A stretch of 64,000 nucleotides of DNA from an uncultured delta proteobacterium. Lineage in GTDB: Bacteria; Bdellovibrionota; FAC87; UBA2466. A program made the translations under genes and the position numbers. This document shows positions 8,612-18,424 of this stretch, in pieces. The DNA lies in assembly GCA_963778115.1 (NCBI GenBank), contig CAVZSV010000004.1, forward strand, positions 2,464,001 to 2,528,000. Reading direction: 5' to 3'. Position 1 is the first letter of the stretch; each line of letters opens with the position of its first letter. Below the pieces are notes generated by a model that had not been told where the DNA came from, did no database searches, and saw only the letters and a list, made by a program, of their open reading frames with translations.

Positions 8612-9538
8612 TCAATGCAGACTCTCCAAATACCTCTCCGCATCAATCGCTGATTGGCATCCGGAAGCAGCCGCGGTGATGGCTTGGCGGTAGATGGTGT
8701 CCTGAACGTCGCCACACGCGAACACTCCGGGGACCTCGGTGGCGGTAGTCGGGCGTTTAGGCAAAACGATGTAACCCTTTTCGTCTAGCGGCAACTGTCC
8801 CTTGAGAAAGGTGGTGTTGGGTTCATGTCCGATGGCGACAAAAAAACCTTCGCATTCCACCACACGGTCTTTACCCGTCTTGACGTCTTTAACTTTAACT
8901 CCGGTGACTCCATCGGCCCCAAGGACTTCCAAAATATCGGTGTTCCAGATGAACTTGATCTTAGGATTATTGAGTGCCCGCTCCTGCATGATCTTGGAGG
9001 CTCGAAGGGTATCTCGGCGGTGAATGATGGTAACCTCGGAGGCAAATTTGGTCAGAAAGTTAGCCTCTTCCATCGCGGAATCACCCCCTCCAACCACGAC
9101 TAGCCGAGCGCCTTTGAAGAAGGCACCATCACACGTTGCGCAACTGGATACTCCTTTTCCAAGGAGCCGCGCTTCAGATTCGAGTCCCAGCCACTTAGTG
9201 GCAGCGCCGGTGGAAACGATGACCGACTCTGCTTCCACTACCTCATTTTCGATCATCACTTTTAAGGTTTTGGGTTTGAAATCCACCGCTGTGGCATTCT
9301 TTTGAATGAATCGAGTGCCGAAGCGTTCTGCTTGTTGTCTAAAATTGGACATTAGTTCAGGCCCCATGATCCCCTTAGGGAAACCAGGGAAGTTCTCCAC
9401 ATCGCTTGTTAACATCAACAGTCCCCCCGACTGATACCCTTCGATCATTAGCGGAGAAAGGTTGGCGCGCGAGGCATAGATGGCGGCGGTATAGCCGGCC
9501 GGCCCAGAACCAATAATGACAAGATTTTCGACAGCCAT
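8612..9538 (-). CDS. trxB: thioredoxin reductase
   Basis: GSGPAGYTAA, CATCDG, VGGGDSAMEEA, FACGDV, RQAITAA. Confidence 0.97.
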   Translation of the reverse strand: MAVENLVIIGSGPAGYTAAIYASRANLSPLMIEGYQSGGLLMLTSDVENFPGFPKGIMGPELMSNFRQQAERFGTRFIQKNATAVDFKPKTLKVMIENEVVEAESVIVSTGAATKWLGLESEARLLGKGVSSCATCDGAFFKGARLVVVGGGDSAMEEANFLTKFASEVTIIHRRDTLRASKIMQERALNNPKIKFIWNTDILEVLGADGVTGVKVKDVKTGKDRVVECEGFFVAIGHEPNTTFLKGQLPLDEKGYIVLPKRPTTATEVPGVFACGDVQDTIYRQAITAAASGCQSAIDAERYLESLH

Positions 9539-9595
9539 GATTACATTTTCCCTTCAATGCGAAGTTAGTGCCCTATGCTAAAGCCTCTAAAGCGT

Positions 9596-10558
9596 TCAAG
9601 GCAAGTCAGTCGAGCAACTATTCAACGTTCCTTCATAGATATCACGCAGGCTTTGTTCGATGGGACGGAAAGTAAGAGGGGCGAGGGAATTTTCCAGTTT
9701 TTTGAATGAAACCCTGAGACCGGTAAAGGGATTAGGGGCGCTACTCTCCTCGACTACTATTTTGGGACTCTTTTGGGCAATTTTTAAAAGCAATTGAAGC
9801 ACCTGCGAGATTTGCAACTGATGAGGAGAGCAGATATTAAAGATGGTGAAGTTCTCCGTGTTTAAATCTAAAACCCTGGCGAAAATGTTCACTGCGTCAC
9901 GGACATCCAGGAAGGATCGTACGGCTTGTAGGGGCCCCACAGTGAGAACGCTAGCGCCTTTTGCAGGAAGGCGGGAAATCTTTCGGGAGAGATCCGAAAC
10001 CGCGAAGCCTTCCCCCTGTCCAGGACCGATGCAACTGTAAAGACGGGCAACGACCACTTTGCGCTGTTGTTTTGGGTTCTGGGTTGCCCAGTGGCGGAAA
10101 GATTCTTCCGCAAGGTACTTAGTGAAACCATACGATCCAACGGGTTGTGCTGGAGAAGTCTCAGTCACCTCCGCCTCCTGATTTCCGTAAACATGCACTG
10201 AGCTCGAAAAGAAGATCGAGACAGGGTGAGCTATCGCATCGACTGCTTTTTGCAAATATTGAGTAGTCAAAAAATTCTTCTCAAAAAACTCAGGCAGTTT
10301 CGTCGAAGCGGTCACCTTGGAATTGCCGGCGAAATGGTAGATTCGGTCCGGAGAAAAATCTCGTACGGTCTTATTTAGTTTTTCCGAATCGGTGAGATCG
10401 CAATCGATATATTCGACCGTCTTCGAGGTGCTCAATGATTTGGCGGCGCCCGAGCTTCGATCGATTCCCAAAATACGAACGCCGGGCAGCTTTTCGATTA
10501 AAACGGGGATGAGATGTCGACCGATAAACCCCCTTGCACCTGTAATTAGAATTTTCAC
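9596..10558 (-). CDS. NAD-dependent epimerase/reductase (Rmd-like extended SDR)
   Basis: ITGARGFIG, SSSVHVYG, YGFTK, IGPGQ, RSFLDVRD. Confidence 0.85.
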   Translation of the reverse strand: MKILITGARGFIGRHLIPVLIEKLPGVRILGIDRSSGAAKSLSTSKTVEYIDCDLTDSEKLNKTVRDFSPDRIYHFAGNSKVTASTKLPEFFEKNFLTTQYLQKAVDAIAHPVSIFFSSSVHVYGNQEAEVTETSPAQPVGSYGFTKYLAEESFRHWATQNPKQQRKVVVARLYSCIGPGQGEGFAVSDLSRKISRLPAKGASVLTVGPLQAVRSFLDVRDAVNIFARVLDLNTENFTIFNICSPHQLQISQVLQLLLKIAQKSPKIVVEESSAPNPFTGLRVSFKKLENSLAPLTFRPIEQSLRDIYEGTLNSCSTDLP

Positions 10559-10685
10559 TATGTGATTTATAGCCTAAACAAATGTAGCGTGCCAAGAAAC
10601 CTTCTCCAAAAGGAGGTTTCCCTGACGAGCGGCTCATTTGGCCCTCAAATAAGCCCTATGGTATGTTGCAAAAAAGGCATTGCTT

Positions 10686-11522
10686 ATGAAAGTTCTTATT
10701 ACAGGTGCAAGGGGAATGTTGGGTTCCGATCTGACTGAGGTTTTCACTAAAGCCTTGGGTGGGGACAGCGTTTTACCCAAAGGATCGTTGGATCTAGATA
10801 TCACTGACGCCCAGCAAGTGATTAGCGTCTTGAACGAATTCAAGCCTGACGTGGTAATAAACTCTGCTGCTTATACCAACGTGGACAAGGCGGAATCCGA
10901 AAAGCAGAAAGCAACGGCCGTAAACGCAACGGGCCCCGGTCTTATGGCAGCAGAATGTGGAAAGCGGCAGATCCGTCTGGTTCATTTCAGTACGGATCAG
11001 GTTTTTGATGGATCCGGGTCTGTCCCTCGGAAAGAGACTGATACTCCCCGTCCCTTAAATCATTATGCACTCTCTAAATGGGAGGGGGAAAAACTAGTGC
11101 TCTCCCATCCAGGCCATTTGGTTTTGCGGGTTCAATGGTTATATGGAAAGAAAAAGGATCGCTTTTCCCAGTTAAGATCCAAAGAGGTGTTTACCCCTTT
11201 CCTGGATCAATATGGGGCGCCTGCGTGGACGCTTCCCCTTTCGTCGGTCGTTCTTAAGTTGGCTCGGGAAAAGACCACCGGTCTTTATCATTATTCTTAT
11301 GATGATTATGCTTCGTGGTTTGAGGTCTACCAGTTTGTCTGCCAGCAATGGAACTTGCCTACTAAGCTTATAGGCAAACGAACCGCTGAAGTGGCTTTGC
11401 CGGCCATCAGGCCGCTATTTTCAGTGCTGGATAATCGTAAATTGCTCAGCGCATTAAAAATACCCCGGATGGGAAGCTGGCGTGAACCCCTAAGCGAGTT
11501 CCTTCGTCTGCCTCATTCCTAG
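10686..11522 (+). CDS. rfbD: dTDP-4-dehydrorhamnose reductase
   Basis: TGARGMLG, NSAAYTNVDKAE, STDQVFDG, PLNHYALSKWEGE, RPLFSVLD. Confidence 0.88.
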   Translation: MKVLITGARGMLGSDLTEVFTKALGGDSVLPKGSLDLDITDAQQVISVLNEFKPDVVINSAAYTNVDKAESEKQKATAVNATGPGLMAAECGKRQIRLVHFSTDQVFDGSGSVPRKETDTPRPLNHYALSKWEGEKLVLSHPGHLVLRVQWLYGKKKDRFSQLRSKEVFTPFLDQYGAPAWTLPLSSVVLKLAREKTTGLYHYSYDDYASWFEVYQFVCQQWNLPTKLIGKRTAEVALPAIRPLFSVLDNRKLLSALKIPRMGSWREPLSEFLRLPHS

Positions 11523-11544
11523 ATCGAATGATACAATTAGCGTA

Positions 11545-12660
11545 ATGAAGACAGAGCATATCGAATGCGATGTTGTGGTCGTGGGAGCAGGGGTGATAGG
11601 CCTAGCCATTGCCGATAAGTTGACCCCCGTTCATACGGTGGTAGTGGTGGAAGCCCATAACAAGTTTGGCCAGGAGACTTCTTCACGAAACAGTGAAGTG
11701 ATCCACTCGGGAATCTATTATCCGATTGGCTCCAAGAAAACGGAAATGTGTATTCGCGGAAGAGAGTTGCTTTATCATTTCTGCAAACACTATTCTGTGC
11801 CCTTTAAAAAGACGGGAAAATTTGTTGTTGCTGCGGATAGGTACGAAGTGGACTATCTCGATGAACTCTGCGAACGCTGTAAGAGACTTTCTGTTCCACA
11901 TGAACGTTGGACAAAAGAGCGATTGGCCGAGGTAGAACCGCTCATTCAAGTAAGCGAAGCGGTCTATCTTCCTGAGACTGGGATTATTGACTCTCATTCG
12001 TACATGGCGGCCCTTGAGCGGTTTGTTTTGGATGCTGAAGGCATCATTGCTTATCGCCATTCCGTAAAAAAGATCTACCGAGACGGAACGACTTGGGTGG
12101 TCCTGACTGAAACTCCCGAGGGGCGTGTAGAGATTCGATGCCAGAAAGTGGTAAATGCGGCAGGGCTTGCTGCTGCCGAACTTACCAATCAAACTTTTAA
12201 CACGAATCGTTACCAGCACAAATTTTGCCGCGGAAGGTATTTCAGCTTGCCGGGTAAGTATCAAAATCGGTTCAGCCACCTCATTTACCCCGTTCCTCCT
12301 CAAGACGGGCTTGGCATACATGTCACGATCGATCTCGATGGATTTGCTCGATTGGGACCCGACGTCGACTGGTGCTCCGCTCAGCAATACCAAGAGCTTG
12401 AGAGCGTTTATGACTGTGACTGGAACGAGCTAAGGCCGGTCTTTGCAAAAGCGGTCAATCGTTATTGCATGTATATCGAACCGGGTGAGTTGGCTCCGGG
12501 CCTCATTGGGGTACGGCCGAAGCTCTATGTAAATCAAAAGCCGCAGCCGGATTTTCTCATTGAGAATTTGGAAGGTTTTATCCATTGTTTGGGAATTGAG
12601 TCTCCGGGATTGACCGCGTCTCAAGCCATAGCGGAAGCAGTTGCCAAATTGACGGCCTAA
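11545..12660 (+). CDS. FAD-dependent oxidoreductase, L-2-hydroxyglutarate oxidase (LhgO)-like
   Basis: GAGVIG, ETSSRNSEVIHSGIYY, GLGIHVT, GIESPGLTAS. Confidence 0.88.
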   Translation: MKTEHIECDVVVVGAGVIGLAIADKLTPVHTVVVVEAHNKFGQETSSRNSEVIHSGIYYPIGSKKTEMCIRGRELLYHFCKHYSVPFKKTGKFVVAADRYEVDYLDELCERCKRLSVPHERWTKERLAEVEPLIQVSEAVYLPETGIIDSHSYMAALERFVLDAEGIIAYRHSVKKIYRDGTTWVVLTETPEGRVEIRCQKVVNAAGLAAAELTNQTFNTNRYQHKFCRGRYFSLPGKYQNRFSHLIYPVPPQDGLGIHVTIDLDGFARLGPDVDWCSAQQYQELESVYDCDWNELRPVFAKAVNRYCMYIEPGELAPGLIGVRPKLYVNQKPQPDFLIENLEGFIHCLGIESPGLTASQAIAEAVAKLTA

Positions 12661-12675
12661 GAAAAGGAACTACAG

Positions 12676-13668
12676 ATGAAGAAAGTAATTGTGACTGGGG
12701 GAGCCGGATTTATCGGAAGCCATTTGGTGGACGAATGCTTAAAGAGCGGTTTCGAAGTGACGGTGATCGATGATCTTTCGGTGGGTAGGCTTTCCAATTT
12801 AAAACACCAAGAAGGAAATTCTAAATTTCACTTTATTCAAGCCGACGTCGCCGATCACGAAAAAATTCTGCCGCATTTTAAGGGCATCGATTGGGTATTT
12901 CACTTAGCGGCCAGAGCCGATATCGTTCCCTCGATCCAAATGCCCATGATTTATCATCGTTCGAATGTCGACGGAACTATCTCGGTTTTAGAAGCCGCGC
13001 GATCCAATAATATCAAAAGATTTGTTTATGCCGCCTCTTCCTCTTGTTATGGAATTCCTAGGACCTACCCGACTCCAGAATCGGAAAAGATTGCCCCCGA
13101 GTACCCGTATGCGCTCACCAAGTTCGTGGGAGAGTGCTACGTGATGCACTGGGAACATGTTTACCACATGCCGTCGCTGTCACTTCGGTTCTTTAATGTG
13201 TTTGGTCCTCGAGCGAGAACTTCGGGCACCTATGGGGCCGTCTTTGGTGTCTTTCTAGCGCAAAAAATTCATGGAAAACCACTGACGGTGGTCGGTGACG
13301 GAGAACAGACGCGCGACTTTACTTTTGTTACCGATATTGTCTCGGCATTGATGGCGGCGGCGCGCTCGGAACTTTCGGGCGAGATCTTGAATGTGGGAAG
13401 CGGAGGATCTTATAGCATCAATTCTCTCGTGAAGATCTTAGGTGGCGAAGTCACCCACATTCCTAAACGCCCTGGAGAGCCAGACTGTACTTTCGCCGAT
13501 ATCACCAAGATTAGAAAACATCTCCACTGGGAACCACGTGTTAAATTTGAAGATGGGGTTCGCCAGATGCTAAAGTCCATCGATCTTTGGAAAGACGCTC
13601 CCGTCTGGAGTCCCGACGGAATCGCGGAAGCGACCAAAGATTGGTTTAAGTACTTGTCGAAAGAGTAG
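12676..13668 (+). CDS. NAD-dependent nucleotide-sugar epimerase/dehydratase
   Basis: TGGAGFIGSH, AASSSCYG, YALTK, RFFNVFGPR, GDGEQTRDF. Confidence 0.93.
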   Translation: MKKVIVTGGAGFIGSHLVDECLKSGFEVTVIDDLSVGRLSNLKHQEGNSKFHFIQADVADHEKILPHFKGIDWVFHLAARADIVPSIQMPMIYHRSNVDGTISVLEAARSNNIKRFVYAASSSCYGIPRTYPTPESEKIAPEYPYALTKFVGECYVMHWEHVYHMPSLSLRFFNVFGPRARTSGTYGAVFGVFLAQKIHGKPLTVVGDGEQTRDFTFVTDIVSALMAAARSELSGEILNVGSGGSYSINSLVKILGGEVTHIPKRPGEPDCTFADITKIRKHLHWEPRVKFEDGVRQMLKSIDLWKDAPVWSPDGIAEATKDWFKYLSKE

Positions 13669-13685
13669 CTTCAGTTCGCCGTTTT

Positions 13686-14153
13686 CTAGGCGCCAAATTT
13701 CTGCTGGGCCCGCTTACGCATCTCTTCCGGGCTTACGTCCTCAACATGGGTCGCGATCGTCCATTGATACCCGTACGGATCTTCAAGCGTTCCCGTGCGA
13801 TCTCCGTAAAACTGATTTTCAATGGGACGTTTTACTGACATGCCTGCTTTAACCGCCCTGTCGGACCACTGATCTACACTCTCAACATAAAGCAAAAGGT
13901 GCACGGGCGACCCGCCGAGAGTCTTAGGACTCTGGGCACCCATTTCAGGATGTTCATCGGCTAACATGATCCTGGAGTCGCCGATCTGCAGTTCCGCGTG
14001 CGCGATTAGGCCCTTGCCAGGCACTTCCATGCGAAGCCTCTCCGAAGCTCCCAGCGCTTTCTTATAAAACTCAATTGCCTCTTTGGCCCCTTTTACAATG
14101 AGGTAAGGCGTGAGGGTGCTAAAACCTTCTGGAATCGGATTAACGTTGCTCAT
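13686..14153 (-). CDS. VOC/glyoxalase family protein (PhnB-like)
   Basis: LTPYLIV, HAELQIGDS, QFYGDRTGTLEDPYG. Confidence 0.92.
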   Translation of the reverse strand: MSNVNPIPEGFSTLTPYLIVKGAKEAIEFYKKALGASERLRMEVPGKGLIAHAELQIGDSRIMLADEHPEMGAQSPKTLGGSPVHLLLYVESVDQWSDRAVKAGMSVKRPIENQFYGDRTGTLEDPYGYQWTIATHVEDVSPEEMRKRAQQKFGA

Positions 14154-14306
14154 GTGTGCCTCCGGTTAGGCCATTGAGGCTAAGGCACTAACCACTCATT
14201 GTCGAACGCAATCGCGAAAAGGGGTTGTGGCGCATTGCGTAGTTTTCTCTTGAGCTTCACTCCCCTACCTTGTACGAAATAGGAGTTCATTAAAAAGAGG
14301 CCCCGC

Positions 14307-15392
14307 GTGCGATACGACAAGAGCCACAATATGGGCTCAAGACACGAATTCAAAAAAGGTTATCTATTTATAATTGCTATATATTTATTTGCCCCTAGCC
14401 CGTTACTCGGGGGCCCCTGGGAAGATAGATTTGTTACCTTACGTCGTACGCTGACTCAAAAGTGTGCGTTGCTCGTAGATCGAGTCCGAAATGTGACCGG
14501 ATGCCCCCGGGGCCGTCGTTACGAGGACATCGATTTTCCAAGAGAGGGATTACATTCTCACTATCAAGAGAGGGCTAGCCTCTACCTTAAAGCCCAGGCT
14601 CAACTCGCCAACGAGATATTTCAAAAGGTCCGTGGCAACGAGTTCTTTCATCCGTTACTTTTCTTCGCGGCCAATCGATTGAAGGAGGTCGCGACCGTGG
14701 TCGGCCACGCTCAAATAGCCCCCGATCGCCATTTCGCGGAACGAAGAGTTTTTGAAATGGAGAGCCGGATAAATCCCTTACCCGAGGCAATGGGTCTTGT
14801 GGAACTTACTAGCGCCGATCGTAAATATCTGCCCCCGCGATTTCGGAAGGAGTTTGAGCATTTTGTAAAGAGGACGGGCCAGGCCCCGAATTTTTTTGCG
14901 GAGGATTGGCTAAGGATTCTCGACGGCCGCAGATATGTTTATTATTTGGATACGAATAACAGACGGATCTTAGCGTCGGTACTCTACCATGCAGACTCCG
15001 ACCCATGGAAAGACGCGCTCTTCGTCTTGCACGCTTCTCCGGAAATCATTGTGGACCTGCTCCAAGATGTTGAAGCACGGTTAAAGAAGTCCATGGGGAC
15101 AGGGTTAAAAAACCAACGGCACCGCGAGAATTTCTTTTCGGCTTATTTCGGAGCACTCATCGCAATGCCTTTTGGAGAGGGAAATTACGAAATTTTGACT
15201 CCTCTTTTCGCGGGCCTCTTTATGGCGCTTAGCGATCAGAAACTACCGCTAGTATTCTCGAGGGAAGGTCTTGAAAGATTGGTGATCCGTGGACAGAGCC
15301 GATTTGTAGATGCGATGGAACAGGCCTACCAAAATTCTTTTCCCAATACGCGAAGGCTTACTTTCTCAGAGATTGAGGCGACTGCACCTTAG
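14307..15392 (+). CDS. hypothetical, probably exported protein with degenerate Fic-like motif
   Basis: 361-aa ORF (start may be ATG 14331); hydrophobic N-terminal segment; C-terminal IAMPFGEGNYE. Confidence 0.6.
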   Translation: MRYDKSHNMGSRHEFKKGYLFIIAIYLFAPSPLLGGPWEDRFVTLRRTLTQKCALLVDRVRNVTGCPRGRRYEDIDFPREGLHSHYQERASLYLKAQAQLANEIFQKVRGNEFFHPLLFFAANRLKEVATVVGHAQIAPDRHFAERRVFEMESRINPLPEAMGLVELTSADRKYLPPRFRKEFEHFVKRTGQAPNFFAEDWLRILDGRRYVYYLDTNNRRILASVLYHADSDPWKDALFVLHASPEIIVDLLQDVEARLKKSMGTGLKNQRHRENFFSAYFGALIAMPFGEGNYEILTPLFAGLFMALSDQKLPLVFSREGLERLVIRGQSRFVDAMEQAYQNSFPNTRRLTFSEIEATAP

Positions 15393-16212
15393 CGGGGAAA
15401 TGGCTTTCTTGGGGAATTTGAGAGCTGACGCGATACATTCTTCCGATCAGCCAATCGGTAAAACGGGGAAACCAATAATTTAGATGGTGAGCGACCGAAG
15501 CTTTCATTCCGAGGACCACTCGGCTACGGCGCTTTTCAATTGCCCGATAAAGCGATTGGGCAACTTGCGAGGGATCTTTTCCGTAAAAAGGTGGAAACGC
15601 TAAGGGGCTATTTCCGCGATGAACGGTAGCTTCGTGAAAGCCGCTCTTCACAGGCCCCGGAGAGAAGTGCATGACGCAAATCCCTTCATGCGCTACTTCC
15701 ACTCGCAAGCTATCGGTGAACGAAAGCAATGAGGCTTTGGCGGAACAGTAAGGAGACACGAAGGGCAAAGCACGCCTTGCCACCCCCGATCCGACATTGA
15801 CGATAATTCCACGACGACTCCTCAGAGACGGAAGGGCTTGCCTTACCAAAGAGACCGCCGACAGAAAATTAACTTTCCAACAATCTTCGAAATCTTTTGC
15901 AGGGATCTCCTCGACGCGACCGCTCACCGCATAGCCCGCGCAATTAACGAGAACATCGATGGGCTTGTTGTCCGGAAATTGAGACTCGCAACGACGGAAG
16001 AGAGTAGCGACATCACTATCCTTCGAAAGGTCGGCAACCACAAATCGCATGCGGCTTTTAGCCAAAGCGGAGGCCTGACTGATAATTTCGGCGAGGTATG
16101 GCTGACGGCGCCCCACCAGAATCACTTCATGCCCTTTCTCCGCCATTGCTAAAGCAAGCGCCTTACCTAAACCCGAAGATGCTCCAGTAATTAGGGCGCG
16201 ATGGAAGTACAT
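15358..16212 (-). CDS. classical short-chain dehydrogenase/reductase
   Basis: TGASSGLG, VNCAG, YCSAK. Confidence 0.9.
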   Translation of the reverse strand: MYFHRALITGASSGLGKALALAMAEKGHEVILVGRRQPYLAEIISQASALAKSRMRFVVADLSKDSDVATLFRRCESQFPDNKPIDVLVNCAGYAVSGRVEEIPAKDFEDCWKVNFLSAVSLVRQALPSLRSRRGIIVNVGSGVARRALPFVSPYCSAKASLLSFTDSLRVEVAHEGICVMHFSPGPVKSGFHEATVHRGNSPLAFPPFYGKDPSQVAQSLYRAIEKRRSRVVLGMKASVAHHLNYWFPRFTDWLIGRMYRVSSQIPQESHFPAKVQSPQSLRK

Positions 16213-16556
16213 TAGGGCTCCAGTTGAAACCGCGGGTCGCGGTCGAGTTCTTGCGTCAAGAAGGAGAGCAAGGCTCGATTTTCATCCAAAATTTTTTTCA
16301 GCGTCTCGTCGTTATAAACGTCGAGATCTTCGACTGACATGAGGTGCGCTTCAAGGACTTCAAAACGCATGGTCTCGGCCAAATTGGTAAATCTCGCCGC
16401 AAAAGCCTCTAAAATTTCGGTCCATTCGGACGGCGCTTTCATTTGGAACTGGGGAAGCGTTACGGAGGTTCCTTTGCGTTTGGTTTCACAGATATAGAGA
16501 AGAGCCAGAAGCTGGCGAGAGTTAAGTGACTGGGCCAGGAAATTATCTTCAGACAT
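16212..16556 (-). CDS. hypothetical acidic protein
   Basis: 114-aa ORF coupled to the downstream SDR (TAATG overlap) and 8 bp from the upstream gene. Confidence 0.65.
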   Translation of the reverse strand: MSEDNFLAQSLNSRQLLALLYICETKRKGTSVTLPQFQMKAPSEWTEILEAFAARFTNLAETMRFEVLEAHLMSVEDLDVYNDETLKKILDENRALLSFLTQELDRDPRFQLEP

Positions 16557-16564
16557 AGGAGTAA

Positions 16565-17152
16565 TTAACTTACCTTTCCGCTCGAAAGAAGCTGGATGGT
16601 CTTTTCCATACTATTTTCCGACAAAGTCTTCTTGCAGGGGCGGCAGAAATTATTGGTATCGAGTCGTTCTCCGCAAAAGCAGAGCATTCCTACGGGACGG
16701 GCAGGGCTTCCCACGACTAGCGTATGAGGAGCAACATCTTTAGTAACGACAGCTCCCGCTCCCACCATAGCAAACTCTCCGATCGTGACGCCGCAAACGA
16801 TAGTGCAATTGGCCCCCAGGGTACAACCACGTTTAAGGACTGTGGGCAAGAAATGGGTGCCTCCGCGTTTTAGGAATGCGCGTGGTTTGAGATCGTTGGT
16901 GAAGACGGCATAGGGGCCTACAAAAACTCCGTCCTCTAATGTGACACAATCCCATACGGCGACACCATTTTTTATGGTGCAGTTGTTCCCGATAACCACT
17001 TTGTTTTCGATAAACGCGTGCGCGCAGATATTACAGTTCTTTCCAATCCTGGCCCCTTTGAGGACTTGGCTAAACCCCCAAATGCGCGTGCCTTCGCCGA
17101 TTTCTTTGGAATCGCAGAGAGCATTTTGGTGCACGAAGAATTTTTCGTTCAT
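16565..17152 (-). CDS. hexapeptide-repeat sugar N-acetyltransferase (WbpD/FdtC-like)
   Basis: IGEGTRIW, FVGPYAVFTND, GANCTIVCG; C-terminal CFCG...CRPC. Confidence 0.9.
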   Translation of the reverse strand: MNEKFFVHQNALCDSKEIGEGTRIWGFSQVLKGARIGKNCNICAHAFIENKVVIGNNCTIKNGVAVWDCVTLEDGVFVGPYAVFTNDLKPRAFLKRGGTHFLPTVLKRGCTLGANCTIVCGVTIGEFAMVGAGAVVTKDVAPHTLVVGSPARPVGMLCFCGERLDTNNFCRPCKKTLSENSMEKTIQLLSSGKVS

Positions 17153-17156
17153 ACGA

Positions 17157-18269
17157 TCACACAAAATAGGATTTAACGGTTTCGGCTACGAACTGAATCT
17201 CTTCGGCGGTCAGTGTCGGGCACATCGGCAGTGATAATCCGTTAGCCGCAAAATCCTCGGCCACCGGGAATGACTGCTTGGCGAACGCCGCTTGGCTAAA
17301 AGCGGGGAGTTGGTGGATGGCTTTTGGGTAATGAATACCCGTCTCTACCCCGCGATCTTTGAGAAACTTTTGTAAATCGGCCCGGTCTTTTACTCTGACA
17401 ACGTAAAGATGGTAAACGTGTTTTGCGCCATTCGCTTCGACGGGGAGTTTGATTCCCGAGATAGAGCCAAGAATTTCGCGATAGCTCTTGGCGACATTGC
17501 GACGAGCCGTCGTCCATTGGTCGATATATTTTAGTTTAATGTTGAGAACCGCGGCTTGAAGATTGTCCAAACGAGAATTGTACCCCACGTAATCGTGGAC
17601 ATATTTTTGAAGGCCGCCTTGGTTTCCAAAAGCTCGGCACAGACTCACTAACTCAGTGTGCCGACTAAGAACGGCTCCCGCGTCGCCAAAAGCTCCCAGA
17701 TTTTTTCCAGGAAAGAAACTATAAGTGGCGATGTCTCCCCAATGGCCGACCGGTTTTTCCTTCCACGTCGCACCATGGGCTTGGGCAGCATCTTCCAAAA
17801 CTTTGCATCCATACTTATCTGCTAATGTTCGTATTTCATCCATCGGGGCCATCTGTCCGTAAAGATGGACCGGGGCAATTAGCTTGGTCTTGGGAGTTAT
17901 CGCCTTTTCCAATGCCTTAAGATCGATAAGCCCGGTGTCCGGCGCTACGTCCACCAGCTTCACTTTGACTCCGGCTTGTGTGAGACCCGCCGCTGTAGCG
18001 ATGTAGGTCATGGCGGGCACGACCGCTTCGGTCCAGTCAGGAAGCTTTAAAGCGCGAGCCGCTAGGGTAATGGCGTCGGTCCCATTGGCGGCCCCGGATA
18101 CAAAATTGCCCGGTCCTATCCAATCCGCGAAGCTCTTTTCGAAAGTGGATACCTCTTCCCCGCCGATAAAAGCCGCATTCTCCATGACACGGGTCATCGA
18201 GGAGAGGAACTCTTCGCGATGATCGGCAAACAATTTCTTGAGATTCAAAAAAGGGATGGTCTTACTCAT
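17157..18269 (-). CDS. DegT/DnrJ/EryC1/StrS sugar aminotransferase
   Basis: PVHLYGQ, EDAAQAHGA, SFFPGKNLGAFGDAG, NSRLDNLQAA. Confidence 0.95.
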   Translation of the reverse strand: MSKTIPFLNLKKLFADHREEFLSSMTRVMENAAFIGGEEVSTFEKSFADWIGPGNFVSGAANGTDAITLAARALKLPDWTEAVVPAMTYIATAAGLTQAGVKVKLVDVAPDTGLIDLKALEKAITPKTKLIAPVHLYGQMAPMDEIRTLADKYGCKVLEDAAQAHGATWKEKPVGHWGDIATYSFFPGKNLGAFGDAGAVLSRHTELVSLCRAFGNQGGLQKYVHDYVGYNSRLDNLQAAVLNIKLKYIDQWTTARRNVAKSYREILGSISGIKLPVEANGAKHVYHLYVVRVKDRADLQKFLKDRGVETGIHYPKAIHQLPAFSQAAFAKQSFPVAEDFAANGLSLPMCPTLTAEEIQFVAETVKSYFV

Positions 18270-18424
18270 AGTCTTAGATCCTTTGAGGTTTTTCGATAGT
18301 CGTTGCGGGAAAACACGCAATCATTAGCCTAACTAAATATACCTTCAGAGTACCATTAAAGGGTGTCAGTTTCATCAGATGTAAAGTTGATTTTGTAGCC
18401 AAACTTACCTAGTCTGTAAGCCGC

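Noticed and set aside
11683..12393. long antisense ORFs (e.g. 11683-12393, 3584-4111, 34976-35497, 43586-44131)
   Set aside because: They lie opposite well-supported genes and show no family motifs; treated as shadow ORFs
14205..14241. ACGCAAT...ATTGCGT inverted repeat upstream of the VOC gene
   Set aside because: Only a 7-bp arm match with a long spacer; could be chance
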